From NCBI RefSeq assembly GCF_000010305.1, contig NC_012489.1:2021646-2053645 (forward strand): a stretch of DNA of 32,000 nucleotides. Direction: 5' to 3'. Both the position numbers and the translations under genes were made by a program. Shown here one piece after another: positions 16,869 to 25,749 of the stretch (the first letter of the stretch is position 1; every line of letters starts with the position of its first letter). This stretch comes from Gemmatimonas aurantiaca T-27 (GTDB lineage Bacteria; Gemmatimonadota; Gemmatimonadetes; Gemmatimonadales; Gemmatimonadaceae). The notes under the pieces were generated by a model, which saw only the letters and a list, made by a program, of their open reading frames with translations, did not search any database and had not been told where the DNA came from.

Positions 16869-17947
16869 CCGTACTCCCTGACCTGCTCGACTTCGACCCC
16901 GACGCGGCCCTGGCGCTGCTCGGTGAGTGGATGGCCGCGCGCGGAGAGCCCGCCTATCGGGCCGCCCAGGTGTTCGGTCGCCTTTGGCAGCGTCCGGTGC
17001 GCTCGTTCGATGAGATGACCGAGTTGCCCAAGGCGCTGCGCGAGGGGCTGGCGGGTTCGTTCCGCATCACCGCCCTCGAGCTGACCACGCGGCAGAAGTC
17101 GATGGATGGGACGGAGAAGTTTCTGTTCCGCATGCACGACGGGCAGTTGATCGAAACGGTGGCCATTCCCGACGGTGATCGCCTGACCTTCTGCATTTCG
17201 TCGCAGGCCGGCTGTGCCCTGCAGTGCGCGTTCTGTGCCACCGGGGCGATGGGGTTCCAGCGCAACTTGCATCCCTCGGAGATTGCCGGTCAGGTGCGTG
17301 AACTGCGCATGCTCACGCCGTCCATCGTGCCCACCAACATCGTGTTCATGGGCATGGGGGAGCCGCTCATGAACTGGAAGGCGGTGAGTCCCACGCTGTC
17401 GCTGCTGAATGATCCGCGTGCCCTGGGCATTGGCGCGCGGCACATCACGATTTCCACGGTGGGTGTACTGCCCGGTATCGTGGCACTCGCGGCCCGTCCG
17501 GAACAGTTCCGGCTCGCGATCTCCATTCATGCCCCGTCGGATGCGCTGCGGCGCACCCTGATGCCGGTCAACACGAAGTATCCGCTGGCCGACGTCATCG
17601 CGGCGGCACGGGAGTTCGACCGTCGGGTGACGTTCGAATACGTCATGCTGGGCGGCGTGAACGATCAACCGGAACACGCGGCGCAGTTGGCACAGTTGGC
17701 CCGCGATTGCCGTGCCTTCGTGAATCTCATTCCGCTGCATCCGGGTGGCTCGATGGGTTTCTCCCCATCCACCACACCAACCATCAACGCCTTCGCCAAG
17801 GCGATTCGCGCGCGTGGGGTGGAAACGGCGGTGCGCCGCAGCCGCGGGCTCGATATCGCCGCGGCCTGTGGTCAGCTACGGACGGAGCGGCTCGGTCGGC
17901 GGCTGCCAGTCGCGGCCCAGGACCACGGTGAGGTCCACGTAGCGTGA
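16865..17947 (+). CDS. rlmN: 23S rRNA/tRNA (adenine-C2)-methyltransferase RlmN (radical SAM)
   Basis: 360 aa. Radical-SAM cluster motif CISSQAGCALQCAFCATG, plus NIVFMGMGEPL and ACGQL near the C-terminus. GTG start at 16865 overlaps the upstream TGA (GTGA). Confidence 0.9.
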   Translation: MTVLPDLLDFDPDAALALLGEWMAARGEPAYRAAQVFGRLWQRPVRSFDEMTELPKALREGLAGSFRITALELTTRQKSMDGTEKFLFRMHDGQLIETVAIPDGDRLTFCISSQAGCALQCAFCATGAMGFQRNLHPSEIAGQVRELRMLTPSIVPTNIVFMGMGEPLMNWKAVSPTLSLLNDPRALGIGARHITISTVGVLPGIVALAARPEQFRLAISIHAPSDALRRTLMPVNTKYPLADVIAAAREFDRRVTFEYVMLGGVNDQPEHAAQLAQLARDCRAFVNLIPLHPGGSMGFSPSTTPTINAFAKAIRARGVETAVRRSRGLDIAAACGQLRTERLGRRLPVAAQDHGEVHVA

Positions 17948-18385
17948 CGTGTCGGTGCTGGGCGTGATCTCTCCCACGCCCAGCGCCCGCTGCAGACGCT
18001 CGGCCCATGGGGCGTGACCCGTGTGCACGAGGATTTGCGTGACCGGACGCTTGGCGTCGCGCTCGGAGTCGTAGTCCACCACGTCGTAGCCAAAATCGCG
18101 CAGCACCAGCGTGGCCCGTCGTGCGAGCCCCCGTACCCCCGACGCATTCACCACGCGCACCATCACGCGCGTGTCAGCGGGCGGCCTCGCCGTGCTGTCC
18201 TGGACGGACACTGTTGACGACGGTGCTGCTGGTGCGGCATCTGCCGCCGGCTGCGCAAACTGCCACCAGGCGAACGCGGAGCCCGCTGCCACGACCACCA
18301 GCACAACGACGGCCAACAGCCATCCACGTCGCCCGCCACCGCGTGATTCGGGAGGTTCAGGCCAGGTTGGAAACCCGTGCGTCAT
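17876..18385 (-). CDS. LytR_C domain-containing membrane-anchored protein
   Basis: 169 aa. N-terminal TM segment WLLAVVVLVVVAAGSAFAWW, a low-complexity linker, then VRVVNASGVRGLARRATLVLRDFGYDVV...VVLGRDW, typical of the LytR C-terminal domain. Confidence 0.7.
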   Translation of the reverse strand: MTHGFPTWPEPPESRGGGRRGWLLAVVVLVVVAAGSAFAWWQFAQPAADAAPAAPSSTVSVQDSTARPPADTRVMVRVVNASGVRGLARRATLVLRDFGYDVVDYDSERDAKRPVTQILVHTGHAPWAERLQRALGVGEITPSTDTSRYVDLTVVLGRDWQPPTEPLRP

Positions 18386-18394
18386 TGCCGGCGG

Positions 18395-18958
18395 TCAGCG
18401 GATCTGGTTCCAGAGCGCCACCGTTTCGGGCGACAGTCCCTTGCCTTCGCGGATGGTCCACTCGAGGCGCAGACGCACAACTTGTCGAAAGACCGCGTCA
18501 AAATCGTCGGCAACCCGATCGGCCAGGAACGCCCGATCGGTCTGCATGAAGTTGCGCCCGGGTTCGAGGAAATCGGCCATGAAGAGCGCCCGTCCTGTTC
18601 GGTACCAGTCGAGCGATCCGACAGTGTGCCACCGAATGGCATCGAGCACCGACTGACGCTCTTCGCCTTCAGCAGCGAGTCGCAGCGCCGCAGCGGGGCC
18701 GTGCAACATGCCAAAGGGCCGTTGTTGGTCGCCGGTTGCGGCCCGCAATGTCGGTTCATCGGCATCGCGCAGGGCGTCGTGCCACCGCCCCGCATCCACC
18801 CACGCACGACGCTCTTCGGTCGATAGAGACAGCTCGTCGGCCCATCGTTCGAGCAACGCGACCACGCGCTGAATGTGCGCGCGGCGCTTCTCCGTCACGA
18901 CCGCCCATTCCGGCAACACCACGGTGGTTGCCGATGGTGTGGTGTGATCAGCGCTCAT
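18395..18958 (-). CDS. HD-domain phosphohydrolase, YqeK-like
   Basis: 187 aa. H...HD pattern (RRAHIQRV, GRWHDALRD), followed by LHGPAAA, IRWHT and LFMADFLEPGR, which parallels YqeK-type HD hydrolases. The start overlaps the trpA end by 11 nt. Confidence 0.6.
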   Translation of the reverse strand: MSADHTTPSATTVVLPEWAVVTEKRRAHIQRVVALLERWADELSLSTEERRAWVDAGRWHDALRDADEPTLRAATGDQQRPFGMLHGPAAALRLAAEGEERQSVLDAIRWHTVGSLDWYRTGRALFMADFLEPGRNFMQTDRAFLADRVADDFDAVFRQVVRLRLEWTIREGKGLSPETVALWNQIR

Positions 18959-19763
18959 CGAGGGCCGCGCGCAGCGAACGCGTCAGCGCGATGGCATCTT
19001 CGATGGAGCGGCCGGCCGCACGCACCAGCGCACTTCCCACCACCACGCCATCACCCAGGGCGGCAGCGGCCTTGGCATCAGCAGGCGTGGAAATGCCAAA
19101 ACCGATGCACAGTGGCAGCGAGGTGGCGCTGCGTAGACGCTGCACGGTGACCGGGAGATCGTCAGGGAGCGAGTCACGCTCACCGGTCACGCCGAGTCGG
19201 CTGATGAGATACACAAAGCCCCCGCCGTGCCGGGCGATCTCCGCCATGCGCGGCGCCGGGGTGGTCGGCGCGACCAGACGCACAAAATCGAGACCGCTCG
19301 ATCCGAACCAGGCTTCGCGCTCGGGGTCGGCACCAACCGGCAGGTCGGTAGCCAGCACACCATCAACCCCCGCCGCGCGGGCGCGACGCAACACATCGTC
19401 CCCACCGGCCAGGATGGGATTCAGGTAGCTGAACAACACCACGGGCACATCGAGGCCCGCTTCCTTCACGATGTCGAGCGTGCGGGACAGCGTGATACCG
19501 TGTTCGAGCGCGACCTGTGAGCTGTGCTGAATGACCGGACCATCGGCCATCGGATCGGAGAACGGGACGCCCACCTCGATGACATCCGCTCCCGCTTCGG
19601 CCAGCCCACGCAGCAATTGCACACTGGAGGCCGGGTCCGGATAACCGGCCGTGACATAGCAGACGAGTGCCTTTCGACCTTCGGCGGCCAGTGCGCGAAA
19701 CCGCGCAGTGAGGCGCGACGGAGCGGAGACGTCAGGCGAAGTGGTCGCCGATGCTGATGCCAT
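18948..19763 (-). CDS. trpA: Tryptophan synthase alpha chain
   Basis: Track ORF trimmed to ATG 19763, giving 271 aa. ALVCYVTAGYPD and EVGVPFSDPMADGPVIQ (catalytic region), then GFGISTP. The start lies 32 nt inside the 3' end of the HD-GYP gene. Confidence 0.9.
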   Translation of the reverse strand: MASASATTSPDVSAPSRLTARFRALAAEGRKALVCYVTAGYPDPASSVQLLRGLAEAGADVIEVGVPFSDPMADGPVIQHSSQVALEHGITLSRTLDIVKEAGLDVPVVLFSYLNPILAGGDDVLRRARAAGVDGVLATDLPVGADPEREAWFGSSGLDFVRLVAPTTPAPRMAEIARHGGGFVYLISRLGVTGERDSLPDDLPVTVQRLRSATSLPLCIGFGISTPADAKAAAALGDGVVVGSALVRAAGRSIEDAIALTRSLRAALDER

Positions 19764-21186
19764 AACGGTGCGGATCCTCGGTGCGAATGATAGAGCGAAC
19801 AAACTGGCCAGACGCATCGCGCGCCGTAAGGTCCATCAGTTGTGCGGTGTTCTGCACCGGGTTGCCACGCTCGTCCATCAGGATGCGAACCAGCGGACGC
19901 GACAATGCCGCCGCGTCGGGATTGGCGGCCATCACCAGCGCGATTTCGAAGGTATCGAGCACCACGACCGTGCCAACCGGGTAGATACCGGTCAGGTTGA
20001 TGAACGCCTTCACCACCACCGGATCGAGCCCCAGGCGGGGATTGTCGCGCATCCCCCGCAGCACATCGGCCGGCGTCCAGGGCGCATCCTGATACACGCG
20101 GCTCGTCGTGGCGGCATCGAAGCCATCGGTGACAGCGATGATCTTCGAGAACATCGACAACGTGCGAGGCCGCACCAGCCGCGGATAACCAGAGAGATCG
20201 GTGCGCATGTGATGTTCGTAGGCGGCCGACATGGCCCGCCAGGGACGTGTGGCCACACCGGGAATGCCGAACAGCGCCAACACACCCTGCCAGGTGTGCG
20301 ACTGCAGCAGCAACCGTTCGTCCTCATCCAGTTCGCCGCGCTTGTTCAGCAGTTCGAGCGGCACACGCGACTTGCCCAGGTCGTGCAGCAGCGCCGCGAG
20401 GCCGAGGTCGAGCAGTTGCAGCTTGGCCAACCCCAGCCGACGGCCGAGCGCGACCGACATGATGCACACGTTCACGCTGTGCACAAACGTGTATTCGTCG
20501 AAATCCCGGAGCGTGGTGAGCCCCATCAGCGAGGTCGAATCGGTGAGAATCGAATCGACAATGCCCTGCACGGCGCGCTTCACACGCTTGAGGCTGGGGC
20601 TCTTGCCCAACCGCGTGGACGTGATGATCTCGCGCGTGACGTCGAGCGAGCGCACATAGGTCTGCCGGGCGCGTTCCTTGGCATCGAGTTCGGCCTCTTC
20701 GCGCACGCCTTCTTCCAGCGGCGGTGAGAGTTCGAAGTCGGCCACGCGGGCCTGTTCGAGTCGCGCCGTGAGCTGCGCCAGACGCTCTTCTTCGGGATAT
20801 TCGAGCGGCGGGGACTGGAGGAAAGACAGCAACACCACCCAGGCGCGCGGGTCGGGACGGCCGACCAGCACGATGCCCCCAATGCCCGCTTCCCGGAACA
20901 GCCCGAGCAACGACGCCACGGCCGCATAGTTGTCGAACGACAGTCGCAACCGCGTTTCGTTCACGAAAAGAAAGTCGCCAATTCTCCGCAGCGCACATTC
21001 GTCTTCGTCCTGCCGCACGCGTTCGGCGCTGTTCCCCAGTTCGGCGATGGCCCGCTGGACAGCGGCGTTTTCGATGGGGTACAGGCGTACCGCGCGCACG
21101 GCGCTGTTCATCGCCACGATGAATGCCCGTGCGTGTTTCTGTGCCGCTGCGCCGCTGCTCTGGTCGGCCATCGCGCCTGTGCCCAT
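19732..21186 (-). CDS. HD-GYP domain protein (predicted cyclic-dinucleotide phosphodiesterase) with an uncharacterised ~200-aa N-terminal domain
   Basis: 484 aa. All HD-GYP landmarks are intact: HSVNV, LLHDLGK, QSHT, EHHMRTDLSGYPR, and VTDGFDAATTSRVYQ. The ATG at 21186 shares 1 nt with the upstream TAA (TAATG). Confidence 0.85.
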   Translation of the reverse strand: MGTGAMADQSSGAAAQKHARAFIVAMNSAVRAVRLYPIENAAVQRAIAELGNSAERVRQDEDECALRRIGDFLFVNETRLRLSFDNYAAVASLLGLFREAGIGGIVLVGRPDPRAWVVLLSFLQSPPLEYPEEERLAQLTARLEQARVADFELSPPLEEGVREEAELDAKERARQTYVRSLDVTREIITSTRLGKSPSLKRVKRAVQGIVDSILTDSTSLMGLTTLRDFDEYTFVHSVNVCIMSVALGRRLGLAKLQLLDLGLAALLHDLGKSRVPLELLNKRGELDEDERLLLQSHTWQGVLALFGIPGVATRPWRAMSAAYEHHMRTDLSGYPRLVRPRTLSMFSKIIAVTDGFDAATTSRVYQDAPWTPADVLRGMRDNPRLGLDPVVVKAFINLTGIYPVGTVVVLDTFEIALVMAANPDAAALSRPLVRILMDERGNPVQNTAQLMDLTARDASGQFVRSIIRTEDPHRYGISIGDHFA

Positions 21187-22883
21187 TACTGACCGCCTCG
21201 CATGGCGCGCGCCACGGCGTTGCGCACCACCAGATCTTTCGTGTCTGCGGCGCGCTGCAACGAACCCATGGCCATCGGGGTGCCGATCAGCCCCAGCGCC
21301 CGCGCGGCACAGGCCCGGATCTCGGCATTTTCCTTCGCGCCCAACAGTCCGCGTGCGTTCAGCAGTGTGTCGAGTTCATTCACGCCCGAGTTGCCACACA
21401 GACTGCCAAACGCCTCGAACAGCGCCATCTTTTCGCCCAGGTCTGCACTGCGGGTCTCCTTGCGCCGAATGGCATCGAGCAGGCGCGGCAAGGCGCCGCC
21501 ATGTTTGCGGGTGCCGATGGCGCGATAGGTGGCGACGCGCACATCACGATCCGCATCGTCGATCGCGCGCTCGAGTGCCTGCAGGGCGCTGGGTGAGCCG
21601 ATGTCAGCAAGCACCCCCACCGCTTCGGCGCGTATCTGGGCTTCGGCGACACGCAGCAGCCGGGCGAGACCGGGCACCGCTGCGGCCGTACCCAACTGAG
21701 CCACCAGGCGGAGCGCGCCTCGCACGACCGCTTCCTTGGGATGCTCGAGCAAACGATTCAGTTCGGCCGTGTGTGCCCCCGCCAATCGCAGCGACGCACG
21801 CTCGATGGACGCTCGGGCCGGCGACGCGCTCGCGCCACCGAGCCAGGACACCAACGGTTCCAGCGCTTCGGCACGCAGCTCGGTGAAGAGTCCTTCGAGC
21901 AAGGATGCCACCGGCGTGCGCCGGCTTTCATCGAGCGCGTGCAGCAACTGCGCCACGACCTGCGGTTCACTGAGGCGACCGGGGAGCGCTTCCAGCGACT
22001 GCACCAGCGCCGGTCCAAGTTGTGGCCGACGTGCGGTGGTCGCCGCCTCGCGCAGCACATAGGCGACCAGCTCATAGTCACCCAGCGTGAGGAACTCGAT
22101 CACCAACTGATCGAGAATGCCCAGCACTTCGCGCTGTGCTTCCTCTTCGGGACGCGTCTCGAGAATGTCGAAAAGACTGGCCAGGACCAGCCGGCGTTGA
22201 TCCTCGGTGTATTCGCGGCGCAGTTCGTCCTGCAGGTACGCCGTTTCGCGCTGGTCGAGGAAGTAGAGCGTGGTGTCGAAGTTCTCGACACGCACCATAC
22301 CAGGCGGCCCCTCTCCCGGAGGCTGCGTCTCGGCGGGTGGTACGGCCAACGGCGCCTGCCCTGGCGCAAAGCTCGCCACACCGGGGCGGTCGCCCGACGA
22401 CATGAGCATGGGCTCCGCCGCATTGCCGACATCCACGTACCGATACGTGACATGGCCCAGGTCGGCCACCCACAGCATGGTCACCAGATCATCGTCATCG
22501 TTCGCCGCCGCTCGTGCGCGCTGCAACAGCGACAGCAGCGCCTCGAGATCCTGCTGCTCACATCCTGGCTGAAACGCCATCGCGCGCAGTCCATCGCGAT
22601 GCATCAACCAGGGCAGCGATTCGGTTCCGCGATCGGCGTCCTGAAACACGGTGCGCCCTTCCCACAGGAACGACGCTTCCTGCACCTGCAATTCGAGCAC
22701 CGACTCGTGCGCCCAGATCTTCGCAAACGCGGTGCGCGCGAGTTCGAGACTCTGCCCGCGCGCGGGATTGTTCGGCAGGTAGAGCTGCACGGCACGAAAC
22801 GCCTTGGACATCGCCCGAAGCGCGTCCTCGATCGCGGAAACTGCCTGCGGCGATGGCGTGGTGTCGTGAACAGCCATGGTCAT
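21186..22883 (-). CDS. HEAT-repeat (PBS-lyase-like) protein with an N-terminal domain paralogous to that of the downstream HD-GYP protein
   Basis: 565 aa. The C-terminal ~230 aa contain repeated units (AVPGLARLL...[41 protein letters not shown]...ALPRLLDAI...[40 protein letters not shown]). The ATG at 22883 forms an ATGA overlap with the trpB stop. Confidence 0.75.
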   Translation of the reverse strand: MTMAVHDTTPSPQAVSAIEDALRAMSKAFRAVQLYLPNNPARGQSLELARTAFAKIWAHESVLELQVQEASFLWEGRTVFQDADRGTESLPWLMHRDGLRAMAFQPGCEQQDLEALLSLLQRARAAANDDDDLVTMLWVADLGHVTYRYVDVGNAAEPMLMSSGDRPGVASFAPGQAPLAVPPAETQPPGEGPPGMVRVENFDTTLYFLDQRETAYLQDELRREYTEDQRRLVLASLFDILETRPEEEAQREVLGILDQLVIEFLTLGDYELVAYVLREAATTARRPQLGPALVQSLEALPGRLSEPQVVAQLLHALDESRRTPVASLLEGLFTELRAEALEPLVSWLGGASASPARASIERASLRLAGAHTAELNRLLEHPKEAVVRGALRLVAQLGTAAAVPGLARLLRVAEAQIRAEAVGVLADIGSPSALQALERAIDDADRDVRVATYRAIGTRKHGGALPRLLDAIRRKETRSADLGEKMALFEAFGSLCGNSGVNELDTLLNARGLLGAKENAEIRACAARALGLIGTPMAMGSLQRAADTKDLVVRNAVARAMRGGQ

Positions 22884-24103
22884 ACGTCAGGCAGCGTGTG
22901 CTGGCTGATGGTGCCCACGTCCTTGTCGCCGCGACCGCTCACGCACAGGAGGACGGGCTCGTCGGCCTGCCACCGACCAGCCGAACGCTCCACCCAGGCC
23001 ACGGCATGTGCCGTCTCCAGCGCCGGAATGATGCCCTCGAGGCGGCTCAGCACGGCCACCCCACGCAGCGCCTCGGTGTCGGTGACCGAATCGTAGAGGG
23101 CGCGGCCACTGTCGTGCAGCCACGAATGTTCGGGGCCAACGCCGGGGTAGTCGAGGCCGGCCGAGATGGAGTGCGCGGGGTGCACCTGCCCGGCCTCGTC
23201 CTGCAGCAGGTAGCTGAGCGAGCCATGCAACACACCAGGCGTGCCCTTGGTGATGGAGGCGCTGTGACGATCGGTGTCGAGACCGTCGCCGGCGGCTTCC
23301 ACGCCAACCAGTTCCACGTCGGCGTCCTGAACGAACCCCGAGAAGATCCCCATCGCGTTCGAGCCGCCACCAATGCACGCTACCACGGTCTTCGGCAGGC
23401 GACCCGCCCGTTCGAGCATCTGCGCGCGGGATTCGCGGCCAATCACCGACTGGAACTCGCGCACCATCCGCGGATACGGCGCCGGGCCGACTACCGAACC
23501 GATGATGTAATGGCTGTCATTCACAGTGGTGACCCAGTCGCGGATGGCTTCAGTGGTGGCGTCCTTGAGCGTACGCGTACCCGCTGTCACCGGCACGACC
23601 GTCGCACCGAGCAGACGCATGCGGAAGACATTCAGCGCTTGGCGCCGCATGTCTTCCTCACCCATGTATACGACGCACTCGAGGCCGAATCGGGCACAGA
23701 TCGTTGCCGTGGCCACACCGTGCTGCCCGGCGCCGGTCTCGGCGATGATGCGGCGCTTGCCCATGCGACGGGCCAGCAGCGCCTGCCCCACCGTGTTGTT
23801 GATCTTGTGCGCGCCCGTGTGATTCAGGTCTTCGCGCTTGAGCCACACCGGGGCGCCAATCCGCTCGCTGAGTCGTGGGGCAAAGGTGAGCGCCGTGGGA
23901 CGGCCCACGTACTCCCGCAGCAAACCATCCAGTTCGGCGCGAAAGGCGGGATCGGCGTTGGCTGCATCAAACGCGATATCGAGCGCGTCGAGGGCCGGGA
24001 TCAGCGTCTCCGGCACGTACCGACCGCCGAACGGCCCGAAGCGATCGTTGGCCACCGTCCCGAGTGTCGAATTGCCCGCCATGTCGCTCTGCTCCACCGT
24101 CAT
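22880..24103 (-). CDS. trpB: Tryptophan synthase beta chain
   Basis: Track ORF (535 aa) trimmed to ATG 24103, giving 407 aa and an ATGA overlap with the trpF stop. [10 protein letters not shown], the PLP-lysine motif [11 protein letters not shown], and [12 protein letters not shown]. Confidence 0.95.
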   Translation of the reverse strand: MTVEQSDMAGNSTLGTVANDRFGPFGGRYVPETLIPALDALDIAFDAANADPAFRAELDGLLREYVGRPTALTFAPRLSERIGAPVWLKREDLNHTGAHKINNTVGQALLARRMGKRRIIAETGAGQHGVATATICARFGLECVVYMGEEDMRRQALNVFRMRLLGATVVPVTAGTRTLKDATTEAIRDWVTTVNDSHYIIGSVVGPAPYPRMVREFQSVIGRESRAQMLERAGRLPKTVVACIGGGSNAMGIFSGFVQDADVELVGVEAAGDGLDTDRHSASITKGTPGVLHGSLSYLLQDEAGQVHPAHSISAGLDYPGVGPEHSWLHDSGRALYDSVTDTEALRGVAVLSRLEGIIPALETAHAVAWVERSAGRWQADEPVLLCVSGRGDKDVGTISQHTLPDV

Positions 24104-24798
24104 GCCTGAGTCTCCACAGCGCCGCGCGCTGCCATCACAAACTGTTGCACGCGCTCCGGATCCTTCACACCAGGCGCCACTTCCACGCCGGAAGATACGT
24201 CTACCACCTGCGGCGACAGCAGTCCGATGGCGGCGGCCACGTTTTCGGGACGGAGACCGCCGGCCAGTACCAACTGCACCGGCGTGGCCTGCCGGAGCGC
24301 CATCACCGAGGCGCGCAGCCCGGACCAGTCGAGCGCGACCCCGGTGCCGCCGAGTTGTCCGACGACGTGGGCATCCAACACCAAAGCACCTGCGGTTTGG
24401 GCGAGCGCTGCGGCGTCCTTCGGCAGTTCCTGACCGGCCACGCGCAGCACCGGCCACACGGTGCGTCCCGTGGTGTCCCGGAGCCAAGCGACCATCTCGA
24501 CGTATGAGCGACCGTTCGTCGAGGCATGCCCATGCAACTGCATGACATCGAGGTCGAGTGCGTCCGCGATCGAAACGATTTCTTCCGCCGACTGGTCACC
24601 GAACACGGCCACTCTTTGCACACCCTGACGACGTGGGCCAAGCACGGAACGGGCCGCGTCCACCGTCAGTAACCGAGGGCCTCCGGCCAGGATCACGCCC
24701 AGATAGGACGCGCCCTGCTGTTCGGCGTGTTCGGCATCCTGCGGGCGTGTCAGTCCGCAGATCTTGATACGGACCGGAGAGATGGGGGCGGAGGTCAT
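24100..24798 (-). CDS. trpF: N-(5'-phosphoribosyl)anthranilate isomerase
   Basis: 232 aa. [14 protein letters not shown] and YLGVIL, plus operon position between trpC and trpB. Confidence 0.85.
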   Translation of the reverse strand: MTSAPISPVRIKICGLTRPQDAEHAEQQGASYLGVILAGGPRLLTVDAARSVLGPRRQGVQRVAVFGDQSAEEIVSIADALDLDVMQLHGHASTNGRSYVEMVAWLRDTTGRTVWPVLRVAGQELPKDAAALAQTAGALVLDAHVVGQLGGTGVALDWSGLRASVMALRQATPVQLVLAGGLRPENVAAAIGLLSPQVVDVSSGVEVAPGVKDPERVQQFVMAARGAVETQA

Positions 24799-24816
24799 CG
24801 GTGCGATCGTCGAGCG

Positions 24817-25662
24817 TCAGCGACGGGCGGTGGCATGACGGGCAATCGCGGCCAACGCACGCACCTGGGCTTCCGGATCGGTTGCCGTAGAGACCGCGCT
24901 GCCAACCAGTACGGCATCGGCGCCGGCATCGCGGGGCGCGTGCAGATCGTCCGGCTGCTGCATGCCACTCTCCGCCACGGCCACCCGATCGGAGGGGATG
25001 TGCGGAATGATGGCCGGCGCCGTGGCCGTATCGATGACCAGTGATTCGAGATTGCGATTGTTGACACCGATGACCGAAGCGCCAGCGGCCAGCGCCCGTT
25101 CGAGTTCGACGAGATCGCGAATCTCCACCAGTGGTTCGAGTCCGATCTCGCGTGCCGTGTCGATCAGCAGTGGCAGCAGCGAGGGGGCCAGTGATCGTAC
25201 GATCAACAGCGCCGCCGAAGCACCGGCCGCGCGAGCCTCCCACAACTGGACGGGGTGCACGAGGAAGTCCTTGCGGATCACGGGCACCTGCACGGCAGCA
25301 GCGACCGCTTGGAGATCTTCGAGGGACCCACCAAACCGCGTTGGTTCGGTCAGTACCGAAATCGCCGCTGCCCCGCCCCGCACGTACGCCTCGGCCTGGC
25401 CCACGGCGTCCAGTCCGGGGGCGATCGTGCCCTTGGACGGCGACGCGCGCTTCACCTCCGCGATGACCCGGAGATGTGGCCCCGTGAGGGCCTGGTGGAA
25501 AGGCACGACGGGTCGGGCGTCCCGCGCCACCGCCTTCAGGGCTTCGAGGCGGTCGGCGACCGCCATCGCCCGGGCGTGTGCCTCGCGGGTGAGCTGTCCG
25601 AGGGTGCCTTCAGGTTCGGTCCAGACGGGTGTTTCGGGCGTCTTTGAAGAAAATCCTTGCAC
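24817..25662 (-). CDS. trpC: Indole-3-glycerol phosphate synthase
   Basis: 281 aa with a GTG start at 25662. VIAEVKRASPSKG, ISVLTEP, PVIRKDF, and IGVNNRNL. Confidence 0.9.
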   Translation of the reverse strand: MQGFSSKTPETPVWTEPEGTLGQLTREAHARAMAVADRLEALKAVARDARPVVPFHQALTGPHLRVIAEVKRASPSKGTIAPGLDAVGQAEAYVRGGAAAISVLTEPTRFGGSLEDLQAVAAAVQVPVIRKDFLVHPVQLWEARAAGASAALLIVRSLAPSLLPLLIDTAREIGLEPLVEIRDLVELERALAAGASVIGVNNRNLESLVIDTATAPAIIPHIPSDRVAVAESGMQQPDDLHAPRDAGADAVLVGSAVSTATDPEAQVRALAAIARHATARR

Positions 25663-25715
25663 TTCGGCCTGTCTTCGGTTAGCGTGGCGGGTGATGCTCT
25701 TCGGCCTGTTTTCGG
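25658..25715. promoter_or_regulatory. Two 21-bp direct repeats, TGC(A/T)CTTCGGCCTGT(C/T)TTCGG, giving four (C/T)TTCGG hexamers with 11-bp phasing inside each repeat; candidate operator in the trpC/lexA divergent region
   Basis: Copy 1 is 25658-25678 and overlaps the trpC GTG start. Copy 2 is 25695-25715, ending 35 bp upstream of the lexA ATG. The copies match at 19 of 21 positions. Hexamers start at 25662, 25673, 25699 and 25710. The repeat is certain; the function is inferred. Confidence 0.45.
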
Positions 25716-25749
25716 GCTCGGCCGGTACCCCCTCTCAAGTGGAGCTCCC

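Noticed and set aside
15960-17740. Minus-strand ORFs 15960..16715 (251 aa) and 16838..17740 (300 aa)
   Set aside because: They are antisense to the signal-peptide protein and to rlmN respectively. The plus-strand frames have a signal peptide or a radical-SAM motif and better third-position bias.
19708-23096. Plus-strand ORFs 19708..20727 (339 aa), 20930..21886 (318 aa) and 21741..23096 (451 aa)
   Set aside because: All three are antisense to the HD-GYP and HEAT genes. They are R/H/P/A-rich low-complexity translations. The minus-strand frames carry intact HD-GYP and HEAT-repeat motifs and precise start/stop coupling.
22514-24109. 531-aa plus-strand ORF
   Set aside because: It is antisense to trpB and the start of the HEAT gene. 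It is low-complexity and R/A/H-rich. trpB on the other strand is unambiguous.
24104-24487. 128-codon N-terminal extension of the trpB track ORF (535 aa)
   Set aside because: The extension is extremely Arg/Gly-rich and lies entirely inside trpF. ATG 24103 gives a normal-length TrpB and an ATGA junction with trpF.
25657-25749. N-terminal extensions of track ORFs. The coordinates given are the lexA extension, 25657..25749. Comparable extensions occur on truA (28596..28826), the GAF gene, trpD, trpA, meaB, the B12-binding gene and the AtuA-C gene.
   Set aside because: The upstream codons overlap neighbouring genes or intergenic DNA, use TTG/GTG pseudo-starts, and precede canonical family N-termini that begin at internal ATGs with SD-like sequences or stop/start coupling.
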